DNA of 64,000 nucleotides from a phage. Position 1 is the first letter of the stretch, and the number at the start of each line of letters is the position of its first letter. A program made the translations under genes and the position numbers. Under the pieces are notes generated by a model, which did no database searches, was not told the origin of the DNA, and was given only the letters and a program-made list of their open reading frames with translations. Shown here piece after piece: positions 32,410-41,978 of this stretch. The stretch is taken from sequence record PZ019085.1; one strand, 5' to 3'.

Positions 32410-32910
32410 ATGAATATGCAATTGATTACTAACGATATGGTTGTGGCAGCATTTGGTGATTCTACAGATGGAATCCGGGTCTTTAAGAAAGGACGTGCAG
32501 TTGGTTATCTTACTGACCTTCGTACTACTCTAGCGAAAAATGCTAAAAAGAAGTTAAAGCAAAAAGAATATTCCACCCGATACGCTGAAGAGAAACGCGA
32601 AGCGATGCCAGAAGCAGTTAATACCATGGTAGAATTTCTTCAAAACAATTTGACTAAATATGACGCTAATGTGTTCATTAATATTAGTCAACCAAACGTA
32701 CATATCGCAGGTATAAAATTCTACATTATTTGCGACCCTCTTACCGACAAATTCAACCGTCTCGGAATCTCAAGTCCTTATCATACAGCAGAAGAGTTGT
32801 GTGTATTGTTTGAATCGTACAAAATCCAGTGTGATGGTCCGAAAACCGTTCTTATCAATGGATTATCCCGAGATGAAATCATTGAGATTATTAAAACATG
32901 CTTAAAGTAA
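32410..32910 (+). CDS. Hypothetical protein, Alc-like by position and size
   Basis: Internal ATG 32410 with GAGGAG SD; 166 aa (T4 Alc 167); synteny after rnlA. Confidence 0.45.
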   Translation: MNMQLITNDMVVAAFGDSTDGIRVFKKGRAVGYLTDLRTTLAKNAKKKLKQKEYSTRYAEEKREAMPEAVNTMVEFLQNNLTKYDANVFINISQPNVHIAGIKFYIICDPLTDKFNRLGISSPYHTAEELCVLFESYKIQCDGPKTVLINGLSRDEIIEIIKTCLK

Positions 32911-33254
32911 ATCCGATTTATGCTATAGTAGCAGCTTTTGCTCTAGTTTCTGCGGTAACAATAGTTGTCTTAAACAACAAAGTTGATTCGTTGAATACTG
33001 AATTAGCTTCTGTCAAAGAGACTGCTAAAAACAATGCTAAAGTATTAGACGACTTCAAGGCTCAATATCAGTCAATCGAAGAAATGACTTATAAGAACCG
33101 TGTTTTAGTTGACCAACTTAAGGCCGAAAATGAAAAGCTCCGTAAGGATTCGAAGAAGAAGAACGTGGTGGCAAGTAAACCAGGATTGGTCGAAAAACAA
33201 ATCAACAAGTCCTTCGATTCCTTTGCAGAAGACCTCAGGAAGCTCTCAGAATGA
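32898..33254 (+). CDS. i-spanin (inner-membrane spanin subunit, PseT.3-like)
   Basis: 118 aa; N-terminal TM helix then charged coiled-coil-like region; overlaps next ORF by 4 nt. Confidence 0.65.
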   Translation: MLKVNPIYAIVAAFALVSAVTIVVLNNKVDSLNTELASVKETAKNNAKVLDDFKAQYQSIEEMTYKNRVLVDQLKAENEKLRKDSKKKNVVASKPGLVEKQINKSFDSFAEDLRKLSE

Positions 33255-33541
33255 TTAAATTAACCGCAGTTGTATTATCTATTGGCATTTTGGCCGGATG
33301 TGCCCAGGATGTGCCCTTAAGCCCTAAAGAAACTTTACATCCACCATGGCCTGAATCTATTGTTGAATATAACCAGAAATGGCAAGTAAAGGTTATTGAT
33401 GGTAATCCATGGGTTGGAATGCCGTTTGAAGACTCTCAAGAATTTCGTATCTGGTTAAACGACGTAAAAAGATATGTACATGACCAGAAGACTATGATAT
33501 GTTATTATCGTAGTGGTTTAAAAGAGGAAAAATGCCAATGA
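33251..33541 (+). CDS. o-spanin (outer-membrane lipoprotein spanin subunit, PseT.2-like)
   Basis: 96 aa; signal peptide with lipobox L-A-G-C. Confidence 0.7.
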   Translation: MIKLTAVVLSIGILAGCAQDVPLSPKETLHPPWPESIVEYNQKWQVKVIDGNPWVGMPFEDSQEFRIWLNDVKRYVHDQKTMICYYRSGLKEEKCQ

Positions 33542-33756
33542 CTAAAGAACAGCATGAATACATTAAAGGGCTTATCTATGAATCTGAAATGGCGGCTATG
33601 ATTTATGGGCGCCAGATTCAACGATTAGAATCTTTGCCTCCGACTAATGACCGCTTGTTAGTCCAGTCTCGTGCTAATCTGAAAAATGAATATCAGAATA
33701 AGTGGGCAGTAGCTACTAAAGCTCTTCATGAGTATATTGAATCTTTAGTAAAATAG
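33532..33756 (+). CDS. Hypothetical protein
   Basis: 74-aa ORF. Confidence 0.5.
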   Translation: MPMTKEQHEYIKGLIYESEMAAMIYGRQIQRLESLPPTNDRLLVQSRANLKNEYQNKWAVATKALHEYIESLVK

Positions 33757-33785
33757 TTTACAAACTCTCGGGAGCAGAGTATAAT
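33756..33785 (+). promoter_or_regulatory. T4-type early promoter
   Basis: GTTTAC 33756-33761; TATAAT 33780-33785. Confidence 0.7.
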
Positions 33786-33813
33786 GCTCCTATGGATAAT
33801 TGAGGAAATCTAA

Positions 33814-34112
33814 ATGAAAACATTACTAGAGAATTACATCAAACGGTCTGATGAGTATATTGATATCTGCCGCGGAATGTCACTTGCCAATTATGACAAA
33901 GATGCAGCAAAGGCACTAGATGAAGCAGGTAAAGCTCTTCGTAAAGCTGCTAAAGAAAAAGGGTTGGATTTGCAACAACTCAAAAGTCATATGATTAAAT
34001 TTATTTCTTCAAACGTTAGAAGTAAGTCAATTAATAAAAACGTTGCTGAAATTAATAAAGACCGGCGCGAGCATAACATTCGTATTCTTGAAACTTTCTT
34101 AGGAATAAAATA

Positions 34113-34113
<1 letters not shown>
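33814..34113 (+). CDS. Hypothetical protein
   Basis: 99-aa ORF after early promoter 33756..33785. Confidence 0.5.
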
Positions 34114-35199
<1,086 letters not shown>

Positions 35200-35200
<1 letters not shown>

Positions 35201-35391
35201 TGAAACGATTGTATGAAGTGATTGAGGCCATCGAACAGCATAAAGAATATTTGTTTGTAGTATGGCCTTTAGTAAATGGACGGTTCGGTATTGATGTGCT
35301 GGACTATGAACATGAAGAATGGTTGGACGGCGGTATATTTGATAACGTCGACCAGGCAATTGAATGGTTAAATGAAAACTATGTACGATAA
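35200..35391 (+). CDS. Hypothetical protein
   Basis: 63-aa ORF. Confidence 0.45.
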
Positions 35392-35596
35392 ACATCATGA
35401 AATCGAAGATGAAGCATACAAAATGCTTCGTAAACTAGTGGGACTTAATATGAGTCCTACATTAATCAACAAACTCGCAGGAATTCGTAATGATCTGAAT
35501 ACTCGTTACAAAGGTGAATATCATGTAGAGTTTGTTCCTGTAGGTGAACCAACCGAGCGATTTGTTGTTCGAGTTAAAGTAAATACTGTACACTGA
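35372..35596 (+). CDS. Hypothetical protein
   Basis: 74-aa ORF. Confidence 0.45.
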   Translation: MKTMYDKHHEIEDEAYKMLRKLVGLNMSPTLINKLAGIRNDLNTRYKGEYHVEFVPVGEPTERFVVRVKVNTVH

Positions 35597-35603
35597 GGTA
35601 ATT

Positions 35604-35879
35604 ATGTTCCCTAAATACTCTGAAATTGTAAAGGTAGTCTTCAGTCAGATTATCGCAAATCATTTCTTTGATAAGCTGGATACGGCTACTGAGCTTAAGG
35701 TCCACTCTGAACTACTCTACGTTTTGAATACTCTGGTGCCTGGCCAAGTGGATTCTGTGTCTGTTACATTGTTGCCCAGCTCGGCTCATGCGATTGTTGT
35801 GTTTGGACTTGACGCTGATCTAGTAATTCAATGTGAAGTTGATTTCGATTCACAAGAAATTAAATGTTTTGCAATTTAA
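35604..35879 (+). CDS. Hypothetical protein
   Basis: 91-aa ORF. Confidence 0.5.
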   Translation: MFPKYSEIVKVVFSQIIANHFFDKLDTATELKVHSELLYVLNTLVPGQVDSVSVTLLPSSAHAIVVFGLDADLVIQCEVDFDSQEIKCFAI

Positions 35880-35909
35880 GTTTACAACACAGTAGAGTTG
35901 TGATACTAT
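35880..35909 (+). promoter_or_regulatory. T4-type early promoter (drives ORF 35938 and probably DAHP synthase and cd)
   Basis: GTTTAC 35880-35885; TACTAT 35904-35909. Confidence 0.65.
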
Positions 35910-35937
35910 AACTCTACCAACAAATGAGGAAATAGAA

Positions 35938-36174
35938 ATGCTAAGTGAAAACCCAATTACAGTACACGAATTTCAGATTAAAGTAAAAGAATTTGCTCAA
36001 GCACTCATTAATAAAGTGTCTGAACGTTTCCAGGATGCAACATTACGAGTTATTCAAGAATCTCCTCGTTCTTTTCTCATAATCGTTAATCCTAAAGATG
36101 GTGACCAAATTACCAATCTTAAATTAGGCAGTGACGGTCTTGTTGAAGCAACTCGAGTATATGGAACACTATAA
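35938..36174 (+). CDS. Hypothetical protein
   Basis: 78-aa ORF after early promoter 35880..35909. Confidence 0.5.
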   Translation: MLSENPITVHEFQIKVKEFAQALINKVSERFQDATLRVIQESPRSFLIIVNPKDGDQITNLKLGSDGLVEATRVYGTL

Positions 36175-36294
36175 TGAGAGCTATCTCATTACTATAGAGA
36201 ATGGTCATAAATCTGAGCACTACCAACTTAGCCTGTCTAATCCGGTTAAAGGTATTGTTGAATCAGAATCTGTTTATATCTCCTAAGGATTGTT

Positions 36295-37287
36295 ATGTTA
36301 CCTGTCGTCGGAAAACTTATTTCTCCAAAAGAACTGGCTGAGATTATTCCTTTGTCGGAAGCTTACGCATCACAAGTGGCTTCTCATCGCGAACAAGTTA
36401 ATTCGATTATGAACGGTGAAGACCCACGCAAACTTATTGTTGTAGGTCCTTGTTCAATTCATGACCCTATTGCTGCTGTTGAATACGGCAAACGTCTGGC
36501 TGAACTTCAAACTCGTCTTCCTAATGTTCTGTTAGTGATGCGCGTTTATTTTGAAAAGCCTCGAACTACCGTAGGTTGGAAAGGTCTTGTAAATGATCCA
36601 TATCTTGACGGAAGTTTTGATATGAACCACGGTCTTATAGTTGCACGAACATTGTGTCGTAAACTTCTACGTATGGGACTTCCATTAGCAACTGAAGTAT
36701 TAGACCCATTCACGATTAAGTATCTTTCTGGTATTTTCTCATGGGTTGCTATTGGCGCCCGTACGACTGAAAGTCAGACACATCGTGAAATTGCTTCAGG
36801 TCTACCGATGTGCGTAGGCTTCAAGAACGCAACCAATGGTTCTATTAAAGTAGCTACAGACGCGATGTATAGTGCCGCCTGGCCTCATCGGTATATGGGT
36901 ATGGACGTCGATGGTACTGTAGGCATTGTTGAAGCTGAAGGTAATCAGAATACGCATATCGTATTGCGTGGTGGGACCAACGGCCCGAACTATCATTCTT
37001 CTGATATTCAAGAAGCTTCTAACAAAGCAAGGGCAGTAGGTCTGAATCATTATGTAATGGTTGACTGTAGCCATGCAAACGCTGATGGGCATTATAGCAA
37101 TCAAATTGGTATTGGTAAAAATTTAGCAGCTAATGATTTGGTCAAAGGAATTATGATAGAATCATTCCTACATGAAGGAAATCAAAAAATTTCTGATAAT
37201 ATGTCCTATGGCGTTTCCGTTACCGATGCGTGCATCAGTTGGGAACAAACTAAAGAGCTGTTAACTTATATTAATAAGGTTCAATAA
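36295..37287 (+). CDS. 3-deoxy-D-arabino-heptulosonate-7-phosphate (DAHP) synthase, class I (AroG/AroF/AroH-like)
   Basis: 330 aa; hallmark motifs KPRTTVGWKG and GARTTESQ; metal ligands conserved (GPCSIHDP Cys, DCSHAN His, HEGNQ Glu, TDACI Asp); SD AAGGA. Confidence 0.85.
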   Translation: MLPVVGKLISPKELAEIIPLSEAYASQVASHREQVNSIMNGEDPRKLIVVGPCSIHDPIAAVEYGKRLAELQTRLPNVLLVMRVYFEKPRTTVGWKGLVNDPYLDGSFDMNHGLIVARTLCRKLLRMGLPLATEVLDPFTIKYLSGIFSWVAIGARTTESQTHREIASGLPMCVGFKNATNGSIKVATDAMYSAAWPHRYMGMDVDGTVGIVEAEGNQNTHIVLRGGTNGPNYHSSDIQEASNKARAVGLNHYVMVDCSHANADGHYSNQIGIGKNLAANDLVKGIMIESFLHEGNQKISDNMSYGVSVTDACISWEQTKELLTYINKVQ

Positions 37288-37868
37288 TGAAAGCTAGCAC
37301 ATACCTTCAGATTGCATATCTGATTTCTCAAGAATCAAAATGTTGTTCATGGAAAGTTGGTGCCGTCATTGAAAAAGATGGACGCATTATCTCTACTGGA
37401 TATAATGGCTCACCAGCAGGTGGCGTTAACTGTTGTGAACATGCATCAGAAAATGGTTGGTTGAAGAATAAACCAAGCCCGGTCATAGTTGCTGGACATA
37501 AAGAAGGCACTACAGCATTTGGACGGGTGGATAATTTTGTTTTGGCTAAAGAACATCGGGCTGCTCATAGTGCATGGTCTGCTAATAATGAAATCCATGC
37601 AGAATTGAATGCAATTTTGTTTGCAGCTCGTAAAGGTAATTCTATTGAAGGTGCTACGTTATATACGACGCTTTCTCCATGTCCTGATTGCACTAAAGCT
37701 ATTACACAGTCAGGTATTAAAAAGGTTGTATACGCAGAATTATATGACCGATCTCCTGAAAATTGGGCAGACATTCTTAAACAAGCTGGTATTGAAGTAA
37801 TTCAGTACTCTCGTAATAATCTTCGTTCTCTGAATTGGGAACAAATTCGAAACTTTTGTGGTGAATAA
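37287..37868 (+). CDS. cd: dCMP deaminase
   Basis: 193 aa (T4 193); near-identical to T4 Cd (…SKCCSWKVGAVIEK…SPCPDC…). Confidence 0.92.
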   Translation: MKASTYLQIAYLISQESKCCSWKVGAVIEKDGRIISTGYNGSPAGGVNCCEHASENGWLKNKPSPVIVAGHKEGTTAFGRVDNFVLAKEHRAAHSAWSANNEIHAELNAILFAARKGNSIEGATLYTTLSPCPDCTKAITQSGIKKVVYAELYDRSPENWADILKQAGIEVIQYSRNNLRSLNWEQIRNFCGE

Positions 37869-38166
37869 TATGATTTTAACTGAACAAGAAACTATGGTTC
37901 TTCGTGAACGTATTAAAACTATTCTGTCTGTAGGCGTTCATTGTGTTGTATTTGAAAAGGCTAACGGTGATGTTCGTACGATGTTTGCTTCGCGCGATGA
38001 ACTTGAAGTCAAATACGAAAATAACAATCCAGCAACAGAAGTTCGTTATGAACCTCGTGAATCAGTTCGAGCATTCGATACCAAGTTAGGTCAGTGGCGT
38101 TCTTTCCGCCTTGATAAAGTAATTTCGGTTGATGGTACTCCGGTAGAACGTTTGCTTCTTATGTAA
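37858..38166 (+). CDS. Hypothetical protein
   Basis: 102-aa ORF between cd and 31. Confidence 0.5.
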   Translation: MVNNMILTEQETMVLRERIKTILSVGVHCVVFEKANGDVRTMFASRDELEVKYENNNPATEVRYEPRESVRAFDTKLGQWRSFRLDKVISVDGTPVERLLLM

Positions 38167-38167
38167 T

Positions 38168-38194
38168 ATGCTTTACGAATAGTATGGTATTATT
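38168..38194 (+). promoter_or_regulatory. MotA-dependent middle promoter upstream of gene 31
   Basis: MotA box ATGCTTTA (TGCTT 38169-38173) about 20 bp upstream of TATTAT 38189-38194. Confidence 0.6.
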
Positions 38195-38223
38195 AATCTA
38201 TCGTCAAACAACAAGGAAATAAG

Positions 38224-38556
38224 ATGTCTGAAGTACAACTCCCAATTCGTGCTGTTGGTGAATATGTCATTCTGGTTTCTGAACCCGCTCAAGCAGGTGA
38301 TGAAGAAGTTACAGAATCAGGACTTGTGATTGGTAAACGTGTTCAAGGTGAAGTTCCTGAACTATGTGTAGTTCATTCTGTAGGTCCTGATGTTCCTAAA
38401 GGTTTTGTTGAAGTCGGTGATTTGACTCCACTACCAGTTGGACAAATTCGAAATGTTCCACATCCATTTGTGGCTTTAGGTCTTAAACAACCTAAAGAAA
38501 TTAAACAGAAATTCGTAACATGCCACTATAAAGCTATTCCGTGTCTTTATAAGTGA
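38224..38556 (+). CDS. 31: Co-chaperonin gp31 (GroES analogue)
   Basis: 110 aa; near-identical to T4 gp31. Confidence 0.92.
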   Translation: MSEVQLPIRAVGEYVILVSEPAQAGDEEVTESGLVIGKRVQGEVPELCVVHSVGPDVPKGFVEVGDLTPLPVGQIRNVPHPFVALGLKQPKEIKQKFVTCHYKAIPCLYK

Positions 38557-38564
38557 TATAAATA
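38557..38564 (+). promoter_or_regulatory. Late promoter (TATAAATA) after gene 31, upstream of rIII
   Basis: Exact TATAAATA immediately after gene 31 stop. Confidence 0.5.
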
Positions 38565-38571
38565 ACTATAT

Positions 38572-38587
38572 GAAGAGAACACTCTTC
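38572..38587 (+). other. Hairpin after gene 31
   Basis: GAAGAG-aaca-CTCTTC. Confidence 0.3.
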
Positions 38588-38680
38588 TAAGCGGTAGCCT
38601 ACAACTGAGAGACTTGTCGAAAGAAGGTGAAATTCAGAAGAACGTGGCTACTAAATATTATCTCGAATTGAGAATTTAAA

Positions 38681-38929
38681 ATGACTAAACAATTACAACA
38701 CGCTCTTGAACTGCAACGCCATGCATGGAATAATGGCCATGACAATTACGGCGCATCTATTGATGTTGAAGCCGAAGCTCTTGAAATCTTACAGTATTTC
38801 AAACATCTGAATCCAGCACAAGCCGATCTTCGCGATATCCTGGTCCAGAAAGATGAATTGAAATATGCTAAGCCTCTGGCTTCTGCAGCACGTAAAGCAG
38901 TTCGTCATTTTGTTATTACGCTGAAGTAA
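38681..38929 (+). CDS. rIII: Lysis-inhibition accessory protein rIII
   Basis: 82 aa (T4 82); synteny after gene 31. Confidence 0.8.
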   Translation: MTKQLQHALELQRHAWNNGHDNYGASIDVEAEALEILQYFKHLNPAQADLRDILVQKDELKYAKPLASAARKAVRHFVITLK

Positions 38930-39301
38930 GTTAAATCGAGGAGCCGTCGAATTGTCTGATTATCGATTTGCGAATCGATATGTTTTAGAAGTACCGCCCC
39001 GACAATTTTACGGTGTACCTCTTGAATGTGGTTCTTATAGCGGTAAGTGCATGCTACCCCGAGGTGATGGCCAATCGGGAGTACGCCTCAAGGCCTATAT
39101 ATCCATCAGTATATATATCTTATCCTCGAGAAATCGGACCCGGAACCTTTAAGCTAACGGTGTGCAACAGATAAGAGCTATAAGGTATGATGACTGGTTT
39201 ATGGTTATCCTGTCGTTAAATATCCAAAACCTATGTTCCCCTTGAGGGCTTGAGCAGGCAATGTCAATAAGTCCTGCATTTTCATTTAAAGAGAATTTAT
39301 A

Positions 39302-39481
39302 ATGGCAAAACAAGCTAAAGCAAAGAAAGCAGTCGAAAAGAAAGTTGATGGTACCTCTAAACGCGCTGGATACAAGCGTGGGTCGAACTCTCGTATTAAT
39401 CAAACAGTTGAGAAGATCATGCGCAGAGCACGTGCAGTTCTTCGAGATGATGCTTCTCGTTTTGGAAAGGTTGTTGCATAA
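39302..39481 (+). CDS. Small basic protein (59 aa), 30.9 position
   Basis: Below ORF-track cutoff; Lys/Arg-rich; followed directly by UUCG hairpin terminator. Confidence 0.45.
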   Translation: MAKQAKAKKAVEKKVDGTSKRAGYKRGSNSRINQTVEKIMRRARAVLRDDASRFGKVVA

Positions 39482-39486
39482 TTTTA

Positions 39487-39508
39487 GGGAGACTTCGGTC
39501 TCCCTTTT
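39487..39508 (+). terminator. Intrinsic terminator (GGGAGAC-UUCG-GUCUCCC + T4)
   Basis: Same 18-nt hairpin as 24362; follows small ORF 39302..39481. Confidence 0.75.
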
Positions 39509-39540
39509 GTGCGTTTAGGGCAGAAAAAGTTTAAAAAGAT

Positions 39541-39572
39541 GTTTACTCTCCTGTAGGATGTGTTACTATAGA
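39541..39572 (+). promoter_or_regulatory. T4-type early promoter
   Basis: GTTTAC 39541-39546; TACTATAGA 39564-39572. Confidence 0.65.
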
Positions 39573-39611
39573 CTTGTACCATCTAATCAATAAAACAACC
39601 TGGAGAACAAA

Positions 39612-39980
39612 ATGAAAATCAATCTGAACTCATACATCAAATGTAAAGACCACGATGGTTATAAAGCTATCGAAATTAAAGAATTCCAGTGGATGTTATA
39701 CAAAGAGCAATTTGAGTTCGTAGGTTGTATGACCCCTGAAGGTCCTTCTGATGATTTCTCTTGGAAAATTGTGTTAGCAAACTTTTTCACAGGTGACACA
39801 TACGAATTAAAAACTATTATTACCGGTAAAATTCGTTCAGAAACATATGTTGACGAAGAAACTGGTTACTCTGAAGATGTTACATGGTATCAAAATGGAC
39901 GCATTACAGCAGATAACCTGATAGAAAAAATGAAAGCCAAAGGTGTTTTAAATTTAGACAATTGGATTAAAGTTGCATAA
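39612..39980 (+). CDS. Hypothetical protein (30.x cluster)
   Basis: 122-aa ORF after early promoter 39541..39572. Confidence 0.55.
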   Translation: MKINLNSYIKCKDHDGYKAIEIKEFQWMLYKEQFEFVGCMTPEGPSDDFSWKIVLANFFTGDTYELKTIITGKIRSETYVDEETGYSEDVTWYQNGRITADNLIEKMKAKGVLNLDNWIKVA

Positions 39981-39984
39981 AACA

Positions 39985-40016
39985 GTTTACTTTGGTACAG
40001 GTTATGTTATTATAGA
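39985..40016 (+). promoter_or_regulatory. T4-type early promoter
   Basis: GTTTAC 39985-39990; TATTATAGA 40008-40016. Confidence 0.65.
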
Positions 40017-40054
40017 CCTGTACCAACAAACAACTTAAACATCTGGAGAATAAA

Positions 40055-40420
40055 ATGAACTACATCAACTTCGAACGTAAATATGTTTCTAACGGTATCG
40101 CTGGTTCTATTGATACGATTTGCTTATGGAAACATAAAAATGGTTCAGTATGTGAAATTGAGCAGTATATGACTCCTAATTACGTTTATATGCGATTTGA
40201 AAATGGCATCACGGTTTCAATCACGATGGAAGGTTCCAACTTCAAAATTGCATTAGATGACGATTTCCGTCAACGTGATTTAGGTACTCATCCTTGCTGG
40301 AATGGCGTTAATCGTAAACTTCTGGTTAAAACTTGGATTCGTCATATCCTGAGTAACCGAGCTAAACCTGAACATCTCGAAGCAATCTTTGATGTAGTTC
40401 TTAACGAATTTGATATCTAA
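40055..40420 (+). CDS. Hypothetical protein (30.x cluster)
   Basis: 121-aa ORF after early promoter 39985..40016. Confidence 0.55.
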   Translation: MNYINFERKYVSNGIAGSIDTICLWKHKNGSVCEIEQYMTPNYVYMRFENGITVSITMEGSNFKIALDDDFRQRDLGTHPCWNGVNRKLLVKTWIRHILSNRAKPEHLEAIFDVVLNEFDI

Positions 40421-40427
40421 TTTAACT

Positions 40428-40443
40428 GGGGGCTTCGGCCCCC
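40428..40443 (+). other. UUCG tetraloop hairpin (GGGGGC-UUCG-GCCCCC), no T-run
   Basis: Between ORFs 40055..40420 and 40456..41073. Confidence 0.45.
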
Positions 40444-40455
40444 ACTGAGGAAATT

Positions 40456-41073
40456 ATGTTTAAAGTTAATACTTTTTATAAAATGAATTTTAAAAATGGG
40501 GATATTACTCCACGCCTTAAAAACATGTTCTCATATGACCTTATTGAGCCTTTTGAAGTTTTAGAAGTTACTGATGCCGGCTCGGTTTGTGAAATTAGAA
40601 CTTCTGAAGGTAAAATTTATCAGGCAGGTGTTGGTAAATTTAGTAATTGTTTTACTTTAATATTCTCGACCGATTTATATGAGCATTTTATTGAATGTCC
40701 TAACCCTAAGGTCCACGAAGTTCCACATCAAGAAACTAAGAAAAATGGCCCGCATGAATATACGAAGGTTGAAACTCCTCACGGTGAGATGTGGCGACAT
40801 AACTCTCCTTTTGGAAGTAAAGGAACATTTGCTCAACCGTCTAAACCGTATGATGATGATGAAAAATACATCGTCGCCTTTTTATCTGAACAGGGTACTC
40901 AAGACCGTGGATGCCAGCGAAGTGGTTTACTAAGTGAACTTGAAGCTCATAACCAAGCACGTGAATTCGTTGAGAAAAATCCTGGTTCTGAAGCTCTAGT
41001 CATGAAAGCAATTACTCAATATATCACTGCTCAACCTGTTGTTCATCCGGTAGAAATTAATTTCGTTAAGTAG
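40456..41073 (+). CDS. Hypothetical protein (30.x cluster)
   Basis: 205-aa ORF. Confidence 0.55.
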   Translation: MFKVNTFYKMNFKNGDITPRLKNMFSYDLIEPFEVLEVTDAGSVCEIRTSEGKIYQAGVGKFSNCFTLIFSTDLYEHFIECPNPKVHEVPHQETKKNGPHEYTKVETPHGEMWRHNSPFGSKGTFAQPSKPYDDDEKYIVAFLSEQGTQDRGCQRSGLLSELEAHNQAREFVEKNPGSEALVMKAITQYITAQPVVHPVEINFVK

Positions 41074-41103
41074 TTTACATCCAAGGACGGATTAGAGTAT
41101 AAC
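41073..41103 (+). promoter_or_regulatory. T4-type early promoter
   Basis: GTTTAC 41073-41078; TATAAC 41098-41103. Confidence 0.55.
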
Positions 41104-41127
41104 GATTTCTTTAGTAAGTGGAAAAAT

Positions 41128-41325
41128 ATGAAATTTTTAATAGCACAAACAGTCCAATTAAAAGGTGTTGGAATTCCTGGGGTGATTTTTAAAGTTCTCC
41201 CTGAATTTAAAACCGCCGCTGGAATTATCAATGAAGCGTATGCTGTTCAATGGGTTGATTGGACTTCTGACATACGTATGGGTAAAGAGTTATCTCCTAT
41301 TAAAGGGTTGAAACATGTTGAATAA
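41128..41325 (+). CDS. Hypothetical protein (30.x cluster)
   Basis: 65-aa ORF after early promoter 41073..41103. Confidence 0.45.
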   Translation: MKFLIAQTVQLKGVGIPGVIFKVLPEFKTAAGIINEAYAVQWVDWTSDIRMGKELSPIKGLKHVE

Positions 41326-41527
41326 ATTAATCCAGAAATTGTTTGGTACGGAAATGATCGAAGTTACTTATCGTGTAACTGATTTATCTCCTGTGCATCC
41401 ACAAGATGAACCGTATACTAAAACAATTAAAATGCTGAAATCTGATGGCGGATTATCCATTGAAGACCGTCTGCCTTGTTACGGACATTGGGCTGATGTT
41501 GAAATTATAAGTGTTAAAGATGTCTGA
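41315..41527 (+). CDS. Hypothetical protein (30.x cluster)
   Basis: 70-aa ORF. Confidence 0.45.
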   Translation: MLNKLIQKLFGTEMIEVTYRVTDLSPVHPQDEPYTKTIKMLKSDGGLSIEDRLPCYGHWADVEIISVKDV

Positions 41528-41978
41528 GTTAGAAATTAGAAGTAACTTTCCATGGCCATCATGTGCATTAAGTAACTTTGCTAAATGGCCTTTTGTTATG
41601 GATGGTATTCAATTCGGAGGACTTGAAGGATTTCTCCAAGGATGTAAGGTGAAAAATGTTGAACAACAAAAACGTATATTTGGGATGTCTGGATTGGCCG
41701 CCCAGCAAGCTGGAAGGTCTTATGCAAGAGCTCAGGACCATGGGACGCTTTTCTGGCTTGGAATTCCCTTTTCAAGATACTCTGCAGCATGGAAAGAGTT
41801 GTATACAAATGCATATTTTGAAGCAGCGATCCAAAACAAGGGGTTTCGTGATGCCTTACAAGCCTCTAAAGGAAAAATTTTGAAGCACAGCATGGCTAGT
41901 GGTCTAACAAAAGATGATACAATACTAACCGAAGCTGAATTTATTGATGTGTTAAACCTATTAAGAGACTCTCTATGA
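41511..41978 (+). CDS. Hypothetical protein (30.3 position)
   Basis: 155-aa ORF. Confidence 0.55.
   Translation: MLKMSELEIRSNFPWPSCALSNFAKWPFVMDGIQFGGLEGFLQGCKVKNVEQQKRIFGMSGLAAQQAGRSYARAQDHGTLFWLGIPFSRYSAAWKELYTNAYFEAAIQNKGFRDALQASKGKILKHSMASGLTKDDTILTEAEFIDVLNLLRDSL

Noticed and set aside
38952-39152. TTG-initiated 66-aa ORF after rIII
   Set aside because: Non-ATG start, atypical codon usage and no recognisable homology; kept as part of the unexplained-region finding rather than called as a gene.
39149-39403. Minus-strand 84-aa ORF
   Set aside because: Overlaps the + strand small basic ORF 39302..39481, which has a terminator and fits synteny; the translation is low-complexity and there is no promoter or SD context.
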